DNA of 64,000 nt from NCBI GenBank assembly GCA_964016885.1, contig OZ024743.1, forward strand, positions 49,786,001 through 49,850,000. Reading direction: 5' to 3'. The translations under genes were made by a program, and so were the position numbers. Under the pieces are notes generated by a model. That model saw nothing but the letters and a program-made list of their open reading frames with translations. It ran no database searches and was not told the origin of the DNA. Every line of letters starts with the position of its first letter. The first letter of the stretch is position 1. The DNA comes from Eledone cirrhosa. Its lineage: Eukaryota. Shown here piece after piece: positions 30,701-43,602 of the stretch.

Positions 30701-31908
30701 ACACTACACTACACCACACTACACTACACCACACTACACTACACACTACACTACACCACACTACACTACACCACACTACACCACACTACACTACACCACA
30801 CTACACTACACTACACTACACTACACTACACTACACTACACTACACTGCACTACACTACACCACACTACACTACACTACACTACACTACACTACACTACA
30901 CTACACTACACTACACTACACTACACTACACTACACTACACTACACTACACCACACCACACTACACTACACTACACTACACTACACTACACTACACTACA
31001 CTACACACTACACACACTACAGTACACCACACCACTCTACACTACACCACACTACACTACACTACACTACACCACACTACACTACACTACACCACACTAC
31101 ACTACGCCGCACTATACCACACTACACCACACACTACAGTACACCACACTACAACACACTACACTACACCACACTACACCACACTACACTACACTACATC
31201 ATACTACACTACACTACACTACATCACACTACACTACACCACACTACACCACACTACACTACACCACACTACACTACACCACACTACACCACACTACACC
31301 ACACACTACACTACACCACACTACACCACACTACACCACACACTACACTATACCACACTACACCACACTACACTACACTACATCACACTACACTACACCA
31401 CACTACACCACACTACACTACACCACACTACACTACACCACACTACACCACACTACACTACGGCGCACTACACCACACTACACCACACACTACACTACAC
31501 CACACTACACCACACTACACCACACACTACACTACACCACACTACACCACACTACACTACACCACACACTACAGTACACCACACTACACCACACTACACT
31601 ATACCACACTACACTACACCGCACTACACCACACTATACCACACTACACTACGCGGCACTACATCACACTACACCACACACTACACTATACCACACTACA
31701 CCACACTACACTACACCACACAACACTACACCACACTACACCACACTACACTACGCCGCACTACACCACACTACACCACACACTACACTACACCACACTA
31801 CACCACACTACACTACACCACACTACACTACACCGCACTACACCACACTACACCACACACTACACTACACCACACTACACCACACCACACACCGCACCAC
31901 ACCACACT
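27708..31908. repeat. Pentamer-based satellite grading from (ACACC)n to (ACACT)n
   Basis: CCACA-type units dominate on the left. A near-pure (CTACA)n core lies at ~30800-31005, with mixed units to its right. Confidence 0.95.
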
Positions 31909-32409
31909 CTAACCTCTCTCTCACTACACCACACACCTATAAAAGAAAAAAATAGCTAGGCAACTGGATAATGAGACGATAAAGAGAGAGATAGAGGAAG
32001 GAATGACAGAGAGAGAGAAGAGAGAGAGAGAGATAAAGAGAGAGAGTGTGTGTGTGTGTGAGAGAGAGAGGAATGAGGGATAACGTAAAATGCTAAGATC
32101 CAAGTAGCAGAGTGGTGAGGCGTCGAATTGGCTTTAGTTCTCTGTTCTCTGTTGAAAACTAGCCAGTGGTCAACTTTGTCTTTCATCGTTTAGAGATCGA
32201 TAAAAACTGTACCAGTCCATTTCTATATCACTTTCTCTTTCCCTTTAAGAGATCAGCTGTTTTCAGACCTGGAAAGAGGATGGGCTCCACCAAGGTTTAT
32301 GTATGTATGTTACAGTTCACACCTATGCAGGTTTAGCTGGCCTCCTCCAAGGTATATCTCGTTAGAGGTGTCTTGCGTAATTTAATGATAGGGACCCCAG
32401 TCCTATCAT

Positions 32410-32552
32410 CTCATTTCTACAGCTGAGTAAACTGGAGCAACGTGAAATAAAGTGTCTTGCTCAAGGAAACAACACATCACCCGGTCTGAGAATTGAACTC
32501 ACAACCTTTCTATTGCAAGCCCAATGCTCTAACCACTAAGCCATGCACCTTC
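32410..32552 (-). mobile_element. tRNA-derived CORE-like SINE (5' half)
   Basis: The minus strand has an A-box-like TGGCTTAGTGG, a B-box-like GAGTTCAATTC, and then ttgagcaagacactttatttcacgttgctccagt. Confidence 0.7.
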
Positions 32553-32687
32553 ACCGCCTACGTCGGTGTCTCTTTCCACCAGGGTTAAAATGCCGACGAC
32601 ACGCTATATATCACTACGGCGCCCCTACGACTCATTCAGGCGTTACGAGTTCATTATACATACAGCAAGGTACAGGTAAAGATTATA

Positions 32688-32876
32688 TTGGTTTCTCATT
32701 TAGGCACAGGGACAGCAATTTTGGAGGAGGGGAAAGTCGATTAAATCGGCACCAGGAATTTACTGGTACTTTATTTTATCGACCACATAAGGATGAAAGG
32801 CAAAGCTTACCCCGGCGGGATTTGAACTCAGACCGTAACTATATGCTACAAAGCATGTTACCCGATAATGCCAGTC
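32688..32876 (-). mobile_element. Diverged family A SINE
   Basis: tactggtactttattttatcgacc..aaggatgaaaggcaaag..ggcgggatttgaactcag matches 61521-61704. Confidence 0.8.
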
Positions 32877-33119
32877 CCTTTTGTATTTTTTGACAGGAGA
32901 GGAAACAATACACGAGAGAAAGGTTAAGTTATATATCCATTTATATATGGCAGTTATATATATACAGTTGTGTATAGCAGAGATATATATAGCGATATAC
33001 AGTTACATATAGAGAGTTATATATACAGTTGTATATAGTGAGATATACTATTATATATATTTCTCCTTGCTTCCCTTTTCTTATTGTATTTGTATGTAAG
33101 CAAGTATATAGCAAGTATA

Positions 33120-33660
33120 TAGCAAGGAGAAAGGGAGAGTAAGGATAAAAGGAGAGCAAGGAGAAAGGGAGAGCAAGGAGATCAATGAGAAAAGGAGAGT
33201 AAGGATGAAAGGGGAGCAAGGAGAAAAGGAGAGCAAGGAGAAAGAGAGAGCAAGGAGAGCATCGGGAAAAGGAGAGCAAGGAGATCAAGGAGAAAGGGAG
33301 AGCAAGGAGAGCAATGAGAAAAGGAGAGCAAGGATGAAAGGAGAGCAAGGATGAAAGGAGAGAAAGGAGAAAAGGAGAGCAATGAGAAAAGGAGAGCAAG
33401 GATAAAAGAAGAGTAAAGATGAAAGGAGAGCAAGGAGAAAGGGAGAACGAGGAGAGCAAGGATAAAAGGAGAGCAAAGAGAGAAAAAGGGAAGGAGGGCA
33501 GGAAGAGCAGGGAGGAATGGGAGAAAGGGTGGAAGGGGAGTTAGCGGAGGAAGGGGAAGTGAAGGAATAGAGGGGAAAGAGGAGGAACGGGTGGAAATGG
33601 AGGTAGGAGGTGAAGGGCTGGAAGGGGAGAAAGGGGAGGAATTGGATGAGGAGGAGAGGA
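33120..33660. repeat. Purine-rich degenerate repeat (aaggagagcaaggaga)
   Basis: Direct reading. Confidence 0.85.
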
Positions 33661-33687
33661 GCATACATACATATATCAGAATGTGGT

Positions 33688-33829
33688 TATATATATACAA
33701 TGTATATATATATATATATACAATGTATATATATATATATATACAATGTATATATATATATATACAATGTATATATATATATATACAATGTATATATATA
33801 TATACATTGTATATATATATATATATATA

Positions 33830-33871
<42 letters not shown>

Positions 33872-34027
33872 TATATATATATATATATACAATGTATATA
33901 TATATATATACAATGTATATATATATATATACAATGTATATATATATATACAATGTATATATATATATATATATACATTGTATATATATATATATATATA
34001 TATACATTGTATATATATATATATATA

Positions 34028-34079
<52 letters not shown>

Positions 34080-34105
34080 TATATATATATACACATATAT
34101 ATACA

Positions 34106-34143
<38 letters not shown>

Positions 34144-34770
34144 TGTATATATATATATACATTGTATATACATTGTATATATACATTGTATATATATATA
34201 TATACATTGTGTATATATATATATACATTGTATATATATATACACATTGTATATATATATATATACATTGTATATATATATATATATATACATTGTATAT
34301 ATATATATATCCATTGTATATATATATATACAATGTATATATATATATACAATGTATATATATATATATATACAATGTATATATATATAGATATATACAA
34401 TGTATATATATATATATATACAATGTATATATATATATATATATATACAATGTATATATATATATATATATACAATGTATATATATATATATATATATAC
34501 AATGTATATATATATATATATACAATGTATATATATATATATATATACATTGTATATATATATATATATATACAATGTATATATATATATATATATATAC
34601 AATGTATATATATATATATATATATATACAATGTATATATATATATATATACAATGTATATATATATATATATATACATTGTATATTTATTAAAATAACA
34701 GATTAAAGTTTAAGCAAATATATATAGCCCTCTCTGAATTTTAGTCTTCAATTTTATTATTATTACTATA

Positions 34771-34839
<69 letters not shown>

Positions 34840-34992
34840 TGTATATATATATATATATACATTGTATATATATATATACATTGTATATATATATATACAT
34901 TGTATATATATATACAATGTATATATATATATATATACAATGTATATATATATATATATATACAATGTATATATATATATATATACAATGCA
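33688..34992. repeat. (TA)n array punctuated by CAATG/CATTG in both orientations
   Basis: Units are (TA)k-CAATG and its reverse complement (TA)k-CATTG. A unique interruption lies at ~34685-34765. Confidence 0.95.
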
Positions 34993-35514
34993 TATATGCT
35001 TCGTCACCATGTTTTCTTCTGAAATATGGAAAAGTTTTGAGTTGGAATTCTTCAGTGTTCAGTTATTGTTGTTGAGACAATGGTTAAGGAAATGGAGAGA
35101 CATTTGAGAAGAGTCTGTAGACTGAATCTCATGTGAATGGCTCTGGGAGCTATGTCTGAATAGCGAAGACGATGTGATCTCCATTAACATATGGTAATTG
35201 GCGCTGCCATGTTTGGTCTTGTCAATATGATAAAGAATCCAGTGAAATAAACAAAGTGTTTATGGTGGCGAGGTTGATCTAGGAATTGTTCAATATTAAT
35301 CAATGACGTCACTGACTATCCAACAGAATTCGATAATATTCTGAAAGATTTTGGTAATTCTAAAGATTAGACAGAATTTTTATATTTCATCTGAATATTT
35401 GAGGGTAAATGTAACGTTTATATGTCGGTTGTCTATATAGAAGGTGAAAGGTTGTCACCTGACTAAATATTAAGATGTCATGTGATGGTTGTCTATATCA
35501 GAGGTTCTCAAACT

Positions 35515-35928
35515 TTACCCCACCCCCTCACGGCCATGTAATACCGTCAACGACCCCACCCTGTTTCCCCACCCTCACGGCCATGTAATACCGTCAGCGA
35601 CCCCACCCTGTTTCCCCACCCTCACGGCCATGTAATACCGTCAACGACCCCCCTTGTTCCCCCCTCACGGCCATGTAATACCGTCAACGACCCCCAACCC
35701 TGTTCCTCACCCTCACGGCCATGTAATACCGTCAGCGACCCCCCTGTTCCCCCCTCACGGCCATGTAATACCGTCAACGACCCCCCCGCCACCTCACGGC
35801 CATGTAACACCGTCAGCAACCCCCAACCCTATCCCCTCCCTCACCGCCATGTAATACCGTCAGCCACCCCAACACTATTCCCCCACCCCCACGGCCATGT
35901 AATACCGTCAGCGACCCCACCCTGTTTC
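35515..35928. repeat. ~43-46-bp minisatellite, 9 copies
   Basis: Unit ccctcacggccatgtaataccgtca(a/g)cgacccc..ccctgtt. It is preceded at 35499 by CAGAGGTTCTCAAACTTT, a hAT/Charlie-like terminus. Confidence 0.92.
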
Positions 35929-35979
35929 CAGAGAGACCTGCCAACACGTAAATTATAAATAATATGTAAATAAAATCGT

Positions 35980-36462
35980 TAATTTATATATAATAAATAA
36001 TATAATATATGCTATGTATATATTATATATCTTATACTATATTTATATATAATAAATAATATATATGCTATGTATATATTATATATCTTATACTATATTT
36101 ATATATAATAAATAATATAATATATGCTATGTATATATTATATATCTTATACTATATTTTTATATGATAAATGATATAATATATGCTATGTATATATTAT
36201 ATATCTTATACTATATTTATATATAATAAATAATATAATATATGCTATGTATATATTATATATCTTATACTATATTTATATATGATAAATAATATAATAT
36301 ATGCTATGTATATATTATATATCTTATACTATATTTATATATAATAAATAATATAATATATGCTATGTATATATTATATATCTTATACTATATTTATATA
36401 TGATAAATAATATAATATATGCTATGTATATATTATATATCTTATACTATATTTATATATAA
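35980..36462. repeat. 59-bp AT-rich satellite, ~8 copies, resuming at 39469-39538
   Basis: Unit taaataatataatatatgctatgtatatattatatatcttatactatatttatatataa. The array continues in register after the Helitron block. Confidence 0.93.
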
Positions 36463-37395
36463 TCTGCTTATATATATAACCAGCAATTTCTCTGTCTGTC
36501 TGTCCGACAGTGGAAACACGTGCGTAGAGAGAGAGTGAGAGTGAAAGAAAGAGACAGACAACGAGAGGGGAATAGCGGGAGGGAGAGAGGGAGAGAGAGA
36601 GAGTGAATAGACGCTAAAACACGTGCTACAGAAATATTACCTTCCTCTCTCCACTGACTTTGGTCACTGAGGCCGAGGGAATCGCTGGTTGATATAGAGA
36701 CACCTTGCACAAGGCACAAGTAACCAGTTCGAGGCGGTTCTGACTTGACACCATGCGAAGAAAGTTGCCATTGAATTTGTGGTTTGAAGAAGGTTGCCAT
36801 TGAATTTGTGGTTGTTGCTGCTGATAATAAGGACCATTTGAAGAAGGTTGCTGCTGATGAGGTAATTTATTAATCAGATTCCGCAGTTCCATAACCTACG
36901 TCTGATTTGTTCAACTTTTTTCTTCAATTTAAAAAAAAAAAAAAAATTTCTTATTGAAAAAATATAAATAAAATAAGGTTAGAAATTTAAATACAATTAA
37001 ATACGATTTAATTTCCATTTCTAGCAGCCAATGTCCAGTGTTCAATTTCATGAAAAAATTGGAAATAATTCAAAAAATTGAAGTTTAACTTTTGAACATT
37101 TGTTTTGACAATAAAAAAATATTTCCTTATTCACACCTAATGGTATGATTAAAATTTCATAGGAATATTTTTTTCTAACCGCCAGTTATTTATTTTCTCC
37201 TTTTTCGTTTTAACATATATTTATTTCAAAGATTTCACCGTATAGATAACATATATATTTATACATGCATAAAAGACACACCGAGAGACGGTGAACATGT
37301 GGTGCCGAAAACATTTCTCATCCAAATCTCAACAATATCAGTATATACACTAGATTTGCTAGCAGAAAACCACCCACCGGGTGGTTTTCTGCTAG
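36463..37395 (+). mobile_element. Non-autonomous Helitron unit 1
   Basis: Starts A|TC..tatatatataacc..ctgtctgtctgtc and ends ccgggtggttttctgCTAG. Confidence 0.65.
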
Positions 37396-38488
37396 TCTCT
37401 CTCTATATAAAACATAGGATGTCTGTCTGTCTGTGTAAATCCCTAAAACACGAGATGTACACGACCGATTTTTTTCAAACTTTACACATGCGTTACTTAT
37501 ATTTCTTGAAGGGAAATGGGCTAAAATAATTTAACTTTTTCTGCCCTAGGGCCCACATTATGCGAAAAACCGCATTTTTTAGGCATTTTTAGGCTTTTTT
37601 GAGGCGTACTTAAAGATAATAACGATAATCGAGATTTGCAGCACACATTAGTTCGTCCCCTCGTATTGCTGTGGACAAAAAAATCTCCGAATCCATTAAT
37701 GATTTCTAGGAAATTTACGAATTAGCATTGGGCATTACATGCCATTTTCAATATAAACGCTATTTAAACATCGTAAGTAGCGTATAATATTTCGTTAAAA
37801 ATTTGGTTTATTTAACAAAGAACACAACACTTACTGTCTTTTAAGCAGGACCCTCTTCGGGGAATTGAGGAAATGAGGAGGACCTTAACATTTTTGTCGG
37901 CGCCCTGTTGACGCTTCGTGCTTTCATCATGCGCAAATCCGGGCCCTGTGTACGTTGCCGTGTTATTGACATCGTAAATCTCACGTCTGTGCTACTTCTA
38001 CTAAGACCCCTTTTGTTGCACCTATACCGCAGTATGAACGCCCTGCACAAGTACGCCGAACAGCGGTTGTGCTAATTCCGCGGTGACCCCTTTTGTCGCA
38101 CCGTTATTGCTGTGTAAACACATTGCAACCAGTGCCGCCCAGCGCTTCTGCTAATTGCACTATGACCCCCATTTGCTGCAGCTGCGTTGCCCCGCTGATT
38201 TCGTCATCTCAATATCCCTACTTAAACGTACATCCCTACTTGGTGTTCACACAATTGACTACGTCGCTCCTTTAGACTGACGGGTGTTCCCCATCCGTGA
38301 CGGAATTATGAACAGACGTACGACACCGCTACTACTGGATTCGGCCAGCTGGAGTTCTACGTTTCCAGTAGATGAACAATCATTCCCTGAGAATAAGGGA
38401 ATTCAAAAAGTACACAGCTACATTCCTCAATCTTTGCATATGCGTGTTGCTATTTCCTACCCCGTGCAACGCTGGGTTCTGCTGCTAG
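37396..38488 (+). mobile_element. Non-autonomous Helitron unit 2
   Basis: Starts TCtctctctatataaaac..ggatgtctgtctg. Ends with the hairpin acccgtgcaacgctgggt followed by CTAG. Confidence 0.8.
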
Positions 38489-38789
38489 TCTATATATATA
38501 AAACTGAGGATGTCTGTCTGTGTGTGTGAGTTTGAATCCCTAAAACTAGAGAAGCACCCAACCGACTGTTTTCAAACTTTACACATGTAATACCTATGTT
38601 TCAGGGAGTGTTCTGAGCAAAAAGTAAATTGAAATTTTCAATGCCCTAGGGATCGCATTAGGCGATTTAGCGATCTCTCTATAATTCTTAGTCTTTCTCT
38701 TTTTAAATAGATACACATACATATAACATCGCGCCCTTATAATATATCTGTATGTCTGATGTCTGCATTACGTCACTTCCCGAGGATGT

Positions 38790-38870
<81 letters not shown>

Positions 38871-39468
38871 TGTGTGTGGGTGTGTGTGTGTGTGTGTGTC
38901 TGTGAGTTTGAATCCCCAAAACTCGAGAAGTACACAACCGATTTTATCCAAACTTTACATGTGTATTACTTATGTTTCAGGGAGTGTTATGCAATACAAA
39001 ATTCAACTTTTTTTTTATCCCCTTGGTGAAAAACTGCGTTTTTTCAGGGTTTTAGGTTTTTTTTGAGTCGTTACGTCAGACTGATTTCCTTGAAATTGTA
39101 ACTATGTATTAGTCAGTCTCTTCTTCATACCGTGAGCAAAGAAAATTTAACTTTTTTTATGGCCTTAGGTGAAAAACTTCATTTTTTCAGCTTTTTAGGG
39201 CTTTTTAGAGGCGTTACGTCTAACCGATTTTCCCGAAATTTCAAGGCATATTATGCACATAAAATTTTTTTATTTTCTTGATCCTCTAGGTGAAAACCTG
39301 CATTTTTCCTGCTTCATCGAGGAAATCTTAAAGATTATCCAGCCATCAGAGTATTCGGTTTATTTTCTTTACATATTGTCGAAGCATGCAGTTTTTCCAC
39401 GATTTGGTCTGTTGGCGGCCCGCGTTCCAAAATACCTTATCTCGTGCAACGCCGGGTACCACTGCTAG
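38489..39468 (+). mobile_element. Non-autonomous Helitron unit 3 with a duplicated 5' segment
   Basis: Starts TCtatatatataaaactgaggatgtctg. The 5' block recurs at ~38782-38990 with an expanded (TG)n. Ends ctcgtgcaacgccgggtaccactgCTAG|T. Confidence 0.8.
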
Positions 39469-39538
39469 TAAATAATATAATATATACTATATATATATGA
39501 TATATCTTATACTATATTTATATATAATAAATAAAATA

Positions 39539-39935
39539 ATGGTGGTGGTGGTGGTGGTGGTATGGTGGTAGTGGTGGTATGGTGGTAGTGGTGGTGGTGG
39601 TATGGTGGTAGTGGTGGTGGTAATGGTGATGTTTGTAGTGGTGGTAGTGGTGGTAGTGGTGGTAGTGGTGGTGGTAGTAGTGGTTGTGGCAGTCGTGGTG
39701 GTCGTAGTAGTGTTGGTAGTAGTGGTATTAGTGGTGATGTTGGTAGGGGTGGTAGTGGTGGTAGTGGTGGTAGTGATGGTAGTAGTAGTGGTGGTGGTAG
39801 TAGTAGTGGTAGTGGTTGTGGTGGTAGTAGTGGTGGTGGTGGTGGTAGTGGTGATAGTAGTGGTGGTGGTGGTAGTGGTGGTAGTAGTGGTGGTGGTGGT
39901 AGTGGTAGTAGTAGTGGTAGTAGTGGTGGTGGTAG
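39539..39935. repeat. (GGT/AGT)n microsatellite
   Basis: Direct reading. Confidence 0.95.
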
Positions 39936-40452
39936 ACAATACATTACTGCTATTATGTAGGTGTCATAACCTATTGTATATATGTAGTTATATCATATTT
40001 TAACAGTAATGTCGTAATATTGTCATTGTTGAGATATTAACGTAATAGAAGTCACGTGTTAACGATGTGAGAGGTGAGAAGAAGGTAAAGACTTTCAATA
40101 GTGTACTTACAAATATATTTAAGTGTGGGGACTGGGGGATGTGGGGGTGTGGGGACTGGGGGTTGTGGGGTGTGTGGGGATAAGGCTGTTGGTGTGTGTG
40201 TATGTGTGTGGGGATGTGTGAGGATGTGTGTGTGTGTGTGTCTGTGTGTATGTATGTATGTGTGTGTATGTGGGTGTGTATCTGTGTATGTATGTGTGTA
40301 TGTATGTGTGTGATGTCTATGTGTGTGTATGTGTGTGTGTGCGTATGTGTGTGTGTGTGCGTGCGTATGTGTGTGTGTGTGCGTATGTGTGTGTGATGGA
40401 GAGAGAGGGGGAGTGGCTTGTAAAAAACAGTAACACAGTAAAACTTGTAACG

Positions 40453-42078
40453 TGGAGTGTAGGACAACAGACTGGAGTGAAGGACAACAGACTGGAGTGA
40501 AGAACAGGAAACTGGAGTGAAGGAGAGCAGACTGGAGTGTAGGACAGCAGACTGGAGTGAAGGACAGCAGACTGGAGTGAGGGACAGGAAACTGGAGTGA
40601 AGGAAAGCAGACTGGAGTGAAGGACAGCAGACTGGAGTGAAGGACAGCAGAGTGAAGTGAATGACAGCAGACTGGAGTGAATGACAGCAGACTGGAGTGA
40701 AGGACAGCAGACTGGAGTGAAGGACAGCAGACTGGAGTGAATGACAGTAGACTGGAGTGAAGGACAGGAAACTGGAGTGAAGGAGAGCAGACTGGAGTGA
40801 AGGAGAGCAGACTGGAGTGAAGGACGGCAGACTGGAGTGAAGGACAGTAGACTGGAGTGAAGGAGAGCAGACTGGAGTGAAGGACAGCAGAGTGGAGTGT
40901 AGGACAGCAGACTGTAGTGAAGGACAGCAGAGTGGAGTGAAAGACAGCAGACTGGAGTGAAGGACAGCAGACTGGAGTGAAGGACAGCAGAGTGGAGTGA
41001 TTGAGAGCAGACTGGAGTGAGGGACAGCAGACTGGAGTGAAGGAGAGCAGACTGGAGTGAAGGACAGCAGACTGGAGTGAAGGACAGCAGACTGGAGTGA
41101 AGGACAGCAGACTGGAGTGAATGACAGTAGACTGGAGTGAAGGACAGGAAACTGGAGTGAAGGAGAGCAGACTGGAGTGAAGGAGAGCAGACTGGAGTGA
41201 AGGACGGCAGACTGGAGTGAAGGACAGTAGACTGGAGTGAAGGACAGAAAACTGGAGTGAAGGAGAGCAGACTGGAGTGATGGACAGCAGACTGGAGTGA
41301 AGGAGAGCAGACTGGAGTGAAGGACAGCAGACTGGAGTGAAGGACAGCAGACTGGAGTGAAGGACAGCAGACTGGAGTGAAGGACAGCAGAGTGGAGTGT
41401 AGGACAGCAGACTGTAGTGAAGGACAGCAGAGTGGAGTGAAAGACAGCAGACTGGAGTGAAGGACAGCAGACTGGAGTGAAGGACAGCAGAGTGGAGTGA
41501 TTGAGAGCAGACTGGAGTGAGGGACAGCAGACTGGAGTGAAGGAGAGCAGACTGGAGTGAAGGACAGCAGACTGTAGTGAAGGACAGCAGAGTGGAGTGA
41601 ATGGCAGCAGACTTGAGTGAAGGACAGCAGACTGGAGTGTAGGAGAGCAGACTGGAGTGAAAGACAGCAGACTGGAGTGAAGGAGAGCAGAGTGGAGTGT
41701 AGGACAGCAGACTGTAGTGAAGGACAGCAGAGTGGAGTGAAGGACAGCAGACTGGAGTGAAGGACAGCAGAGTGGAGTGAAGGACAGCAGACTGGAGTGT
41801 AGGACAGGAAACTGGAGTGGAGGAGAGCAGACTGGAGTGAAGGACAGCAGACTGGAGTGAAGTGAATGACAGCAGACTGGAGTAAAGGACAGCAGACTGG
41901 AGTGAAGGACAACAGACTGGAGTGAAGGACAACAGACTGGAGTGAAGGACAGGAAACTTGAGTGAAGGACAGTAGACTGGAGTGAAGGACAGCAGACTGG
42001 GGTGAAGGAAAGCAGACTGGAGTGAAGGACAGCAGACTGGAGTGAAGGAGAGCAGACTGGAGTGAAGGACAGCAGACA
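40453..42078. repeat. 20-bp minisatellite, ~80 copies
   Basis: Unit actggagtgaaggacagcag. The long Ser/Leu ORFs in all three minus frames are artefacts. Confidence 0.97.
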
Positions 42079-42084
42079 GGAGAT

Positions 42085-42250
42085 GGCCACGTATCTCATA
42101 TCTGAGGCAACATGTGAACTGTTAAAGCGACAAGTAGGACACCAAGGCAGTGGGAAAAACTGTAGGATGGTCAAAGGCAAGCTGGTGAGACGATCTCATC
42201 GAATACGCCACATGGCCGAGTATGACCAGAGATAGGAAGCGGTGGGGGTC
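42085..42250 (+). pseudogene. Degenerate C-terminus of an RTE-clade non-LTR ORF
   Basis: Allowing frameshifts and stops it reads GHVSHI.GN..TVKAT..TPRQWEK.VG.SKASW.DDLIEYATWPSMTRDRKRW, the GHV..W..R.GR..RW.D..DR..W pattern of RTE C-termini. Confidence 0.65.
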
Positions 42251-42371
42251 AACCAGGGAGAGGTTGCTCCATTGGAGGTCAACCAGAGAGGGGTTCCTCC
42301 ATTGGAGGTCAACCAGGAAGGGTTTCCTCCAATGGAGGTCAACCAGGGAGGGGTTTCTCCAATGGAGGTCA
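42245..42371. repeat. 30-bp tandem repeat (4 copies) at the RTE 3' end
   Basis: Unit ggaggtcaaccagggagggtttcctccatt. Confidence 0.9.
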
Positions 42372-42485
42372 CTTTGTAGCAATATGATCGATATGTAGGG
42401 TGGGGTGGGGCAGTATAGCTGATTGTATCGATTTGTAACTTACTGGACATAAAACATCTCACTTCATAGATGAATGTCCGAACGA

Positions 42486-42865
42486 CTGACCAACATGTCT
42501 TACTAACATGACTGACCAACATGTCTGACCAACATGTCTGGCCAACATGGCTGTCTAACATCACTGACTAACATGTCGGACCAACATGTCTGACCAACAT
42601 GTCTGACTATGATGTCTGACCAACATGTCTGACCAACATGTCTGACCAACATGACTGTCTAACATCACTGACTAACATGTCTGACCAACATTTCTGACCA
42701 ACAACCAACATGGCTGACCAGCATGTCTGACCAACATGTCTGACCAACATGACTGATTAATATGATGACCAGTATGGCTGCCCAACATGGCTGACCAGTA
42801 TGGCTGCCCAATATGGCTGACCAACATGGCTGCCCAGCATGGTTGACCAATATGGCTGACCAAGT
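42486..42865. repeat. 13-bp minisatellite
   Basis: Unit ctgaccaacatg(t/g). Confidence 0.9.
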
Positions 42866-43401
42866 GATTGACCGAATGATTAATCAAATGATTTATTAGT
42901 TGAGTTAGTAAAATACCTTCTAACAAATTACTAACCTCCCCGCTCCAAAAAAAAATGTAAATTTTGATTTAACTGTTTTAATTTTTATTTGGAATCTCAA
43001 ATTTCTGAAATAAATCTTTCCTCAAAACTGGGAGATAAAACTCAGAAATTTGAACTTAATGATTTTTTTTTTTATAGATTTAAATTGAAGTTTTATATTT
43101 TATTCGGATTTTATTACGCGTTCGAAATTGAATTTTAGTCTGTTTCAATTTAGGTTTATTAAATCATTCCATTTGTATCAAATTCAAATCTAATTCAAAC
43201 TAAATACTAATCTAAGCAAATTAAAAGAAAACCAAAACAGAAAAACACAACATAAACGAAACTTTCTGTTCCTGATAAAATGGCGGTGAATGCTCGACGA
43301 CTGGAACAATCTACTCATTGAATTAACGTAATTATCAGGGAGATTCCGCATGACATTGGATGTGAGTGGGCTATCCTCTTGAGTTACAGCTACAGGCCAC
43401 A

Positions 43402-43495
43402 CGACGGGCTTCCAAACAGTTTCCGCCTACCCAATTTCCCTCACAAGGCTTGGATTAACCGGAGGCTATACTAAAAGACACTTGCTTAAGACACA
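43402..43495 (-). mobile_element. Family B SINE fragment
   Basis: cgacgggcttccaaacagtttccgcctacccaattt..tcacaaggc..gacacttgc. Confidence 0.55.
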
Positions 43496-43602
43496 CTTAC
43501 ACGAACAGGCACATATACAGGTATACACATACACACATATATGTATATGCGCACACACTTGTATATATATATATATACATGTATTTTCACTAGCTCTGAC
43601 AG

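Noticed and set aside
27708-31908. Telomeric repeat array
   Set aside because: The units are ACACC/ACACT, not CCCTAA or CCTAA, and the array is heterogeneous and internal.
33182-35107. Ile/Tyr-rich ORFs
   Set aside because: They are translations of (TA)n.
36854-36880. CTGATGA as a hammerhead core (also 55030)
   Set aside because: No stem II closed by GAAA follows at either site.
40000-42180. 500-700 aa Ser/Leu-rich ORFs
   Set aside because: The 20-bp unit cycles through all frames with the same peptide, which is an artefact.
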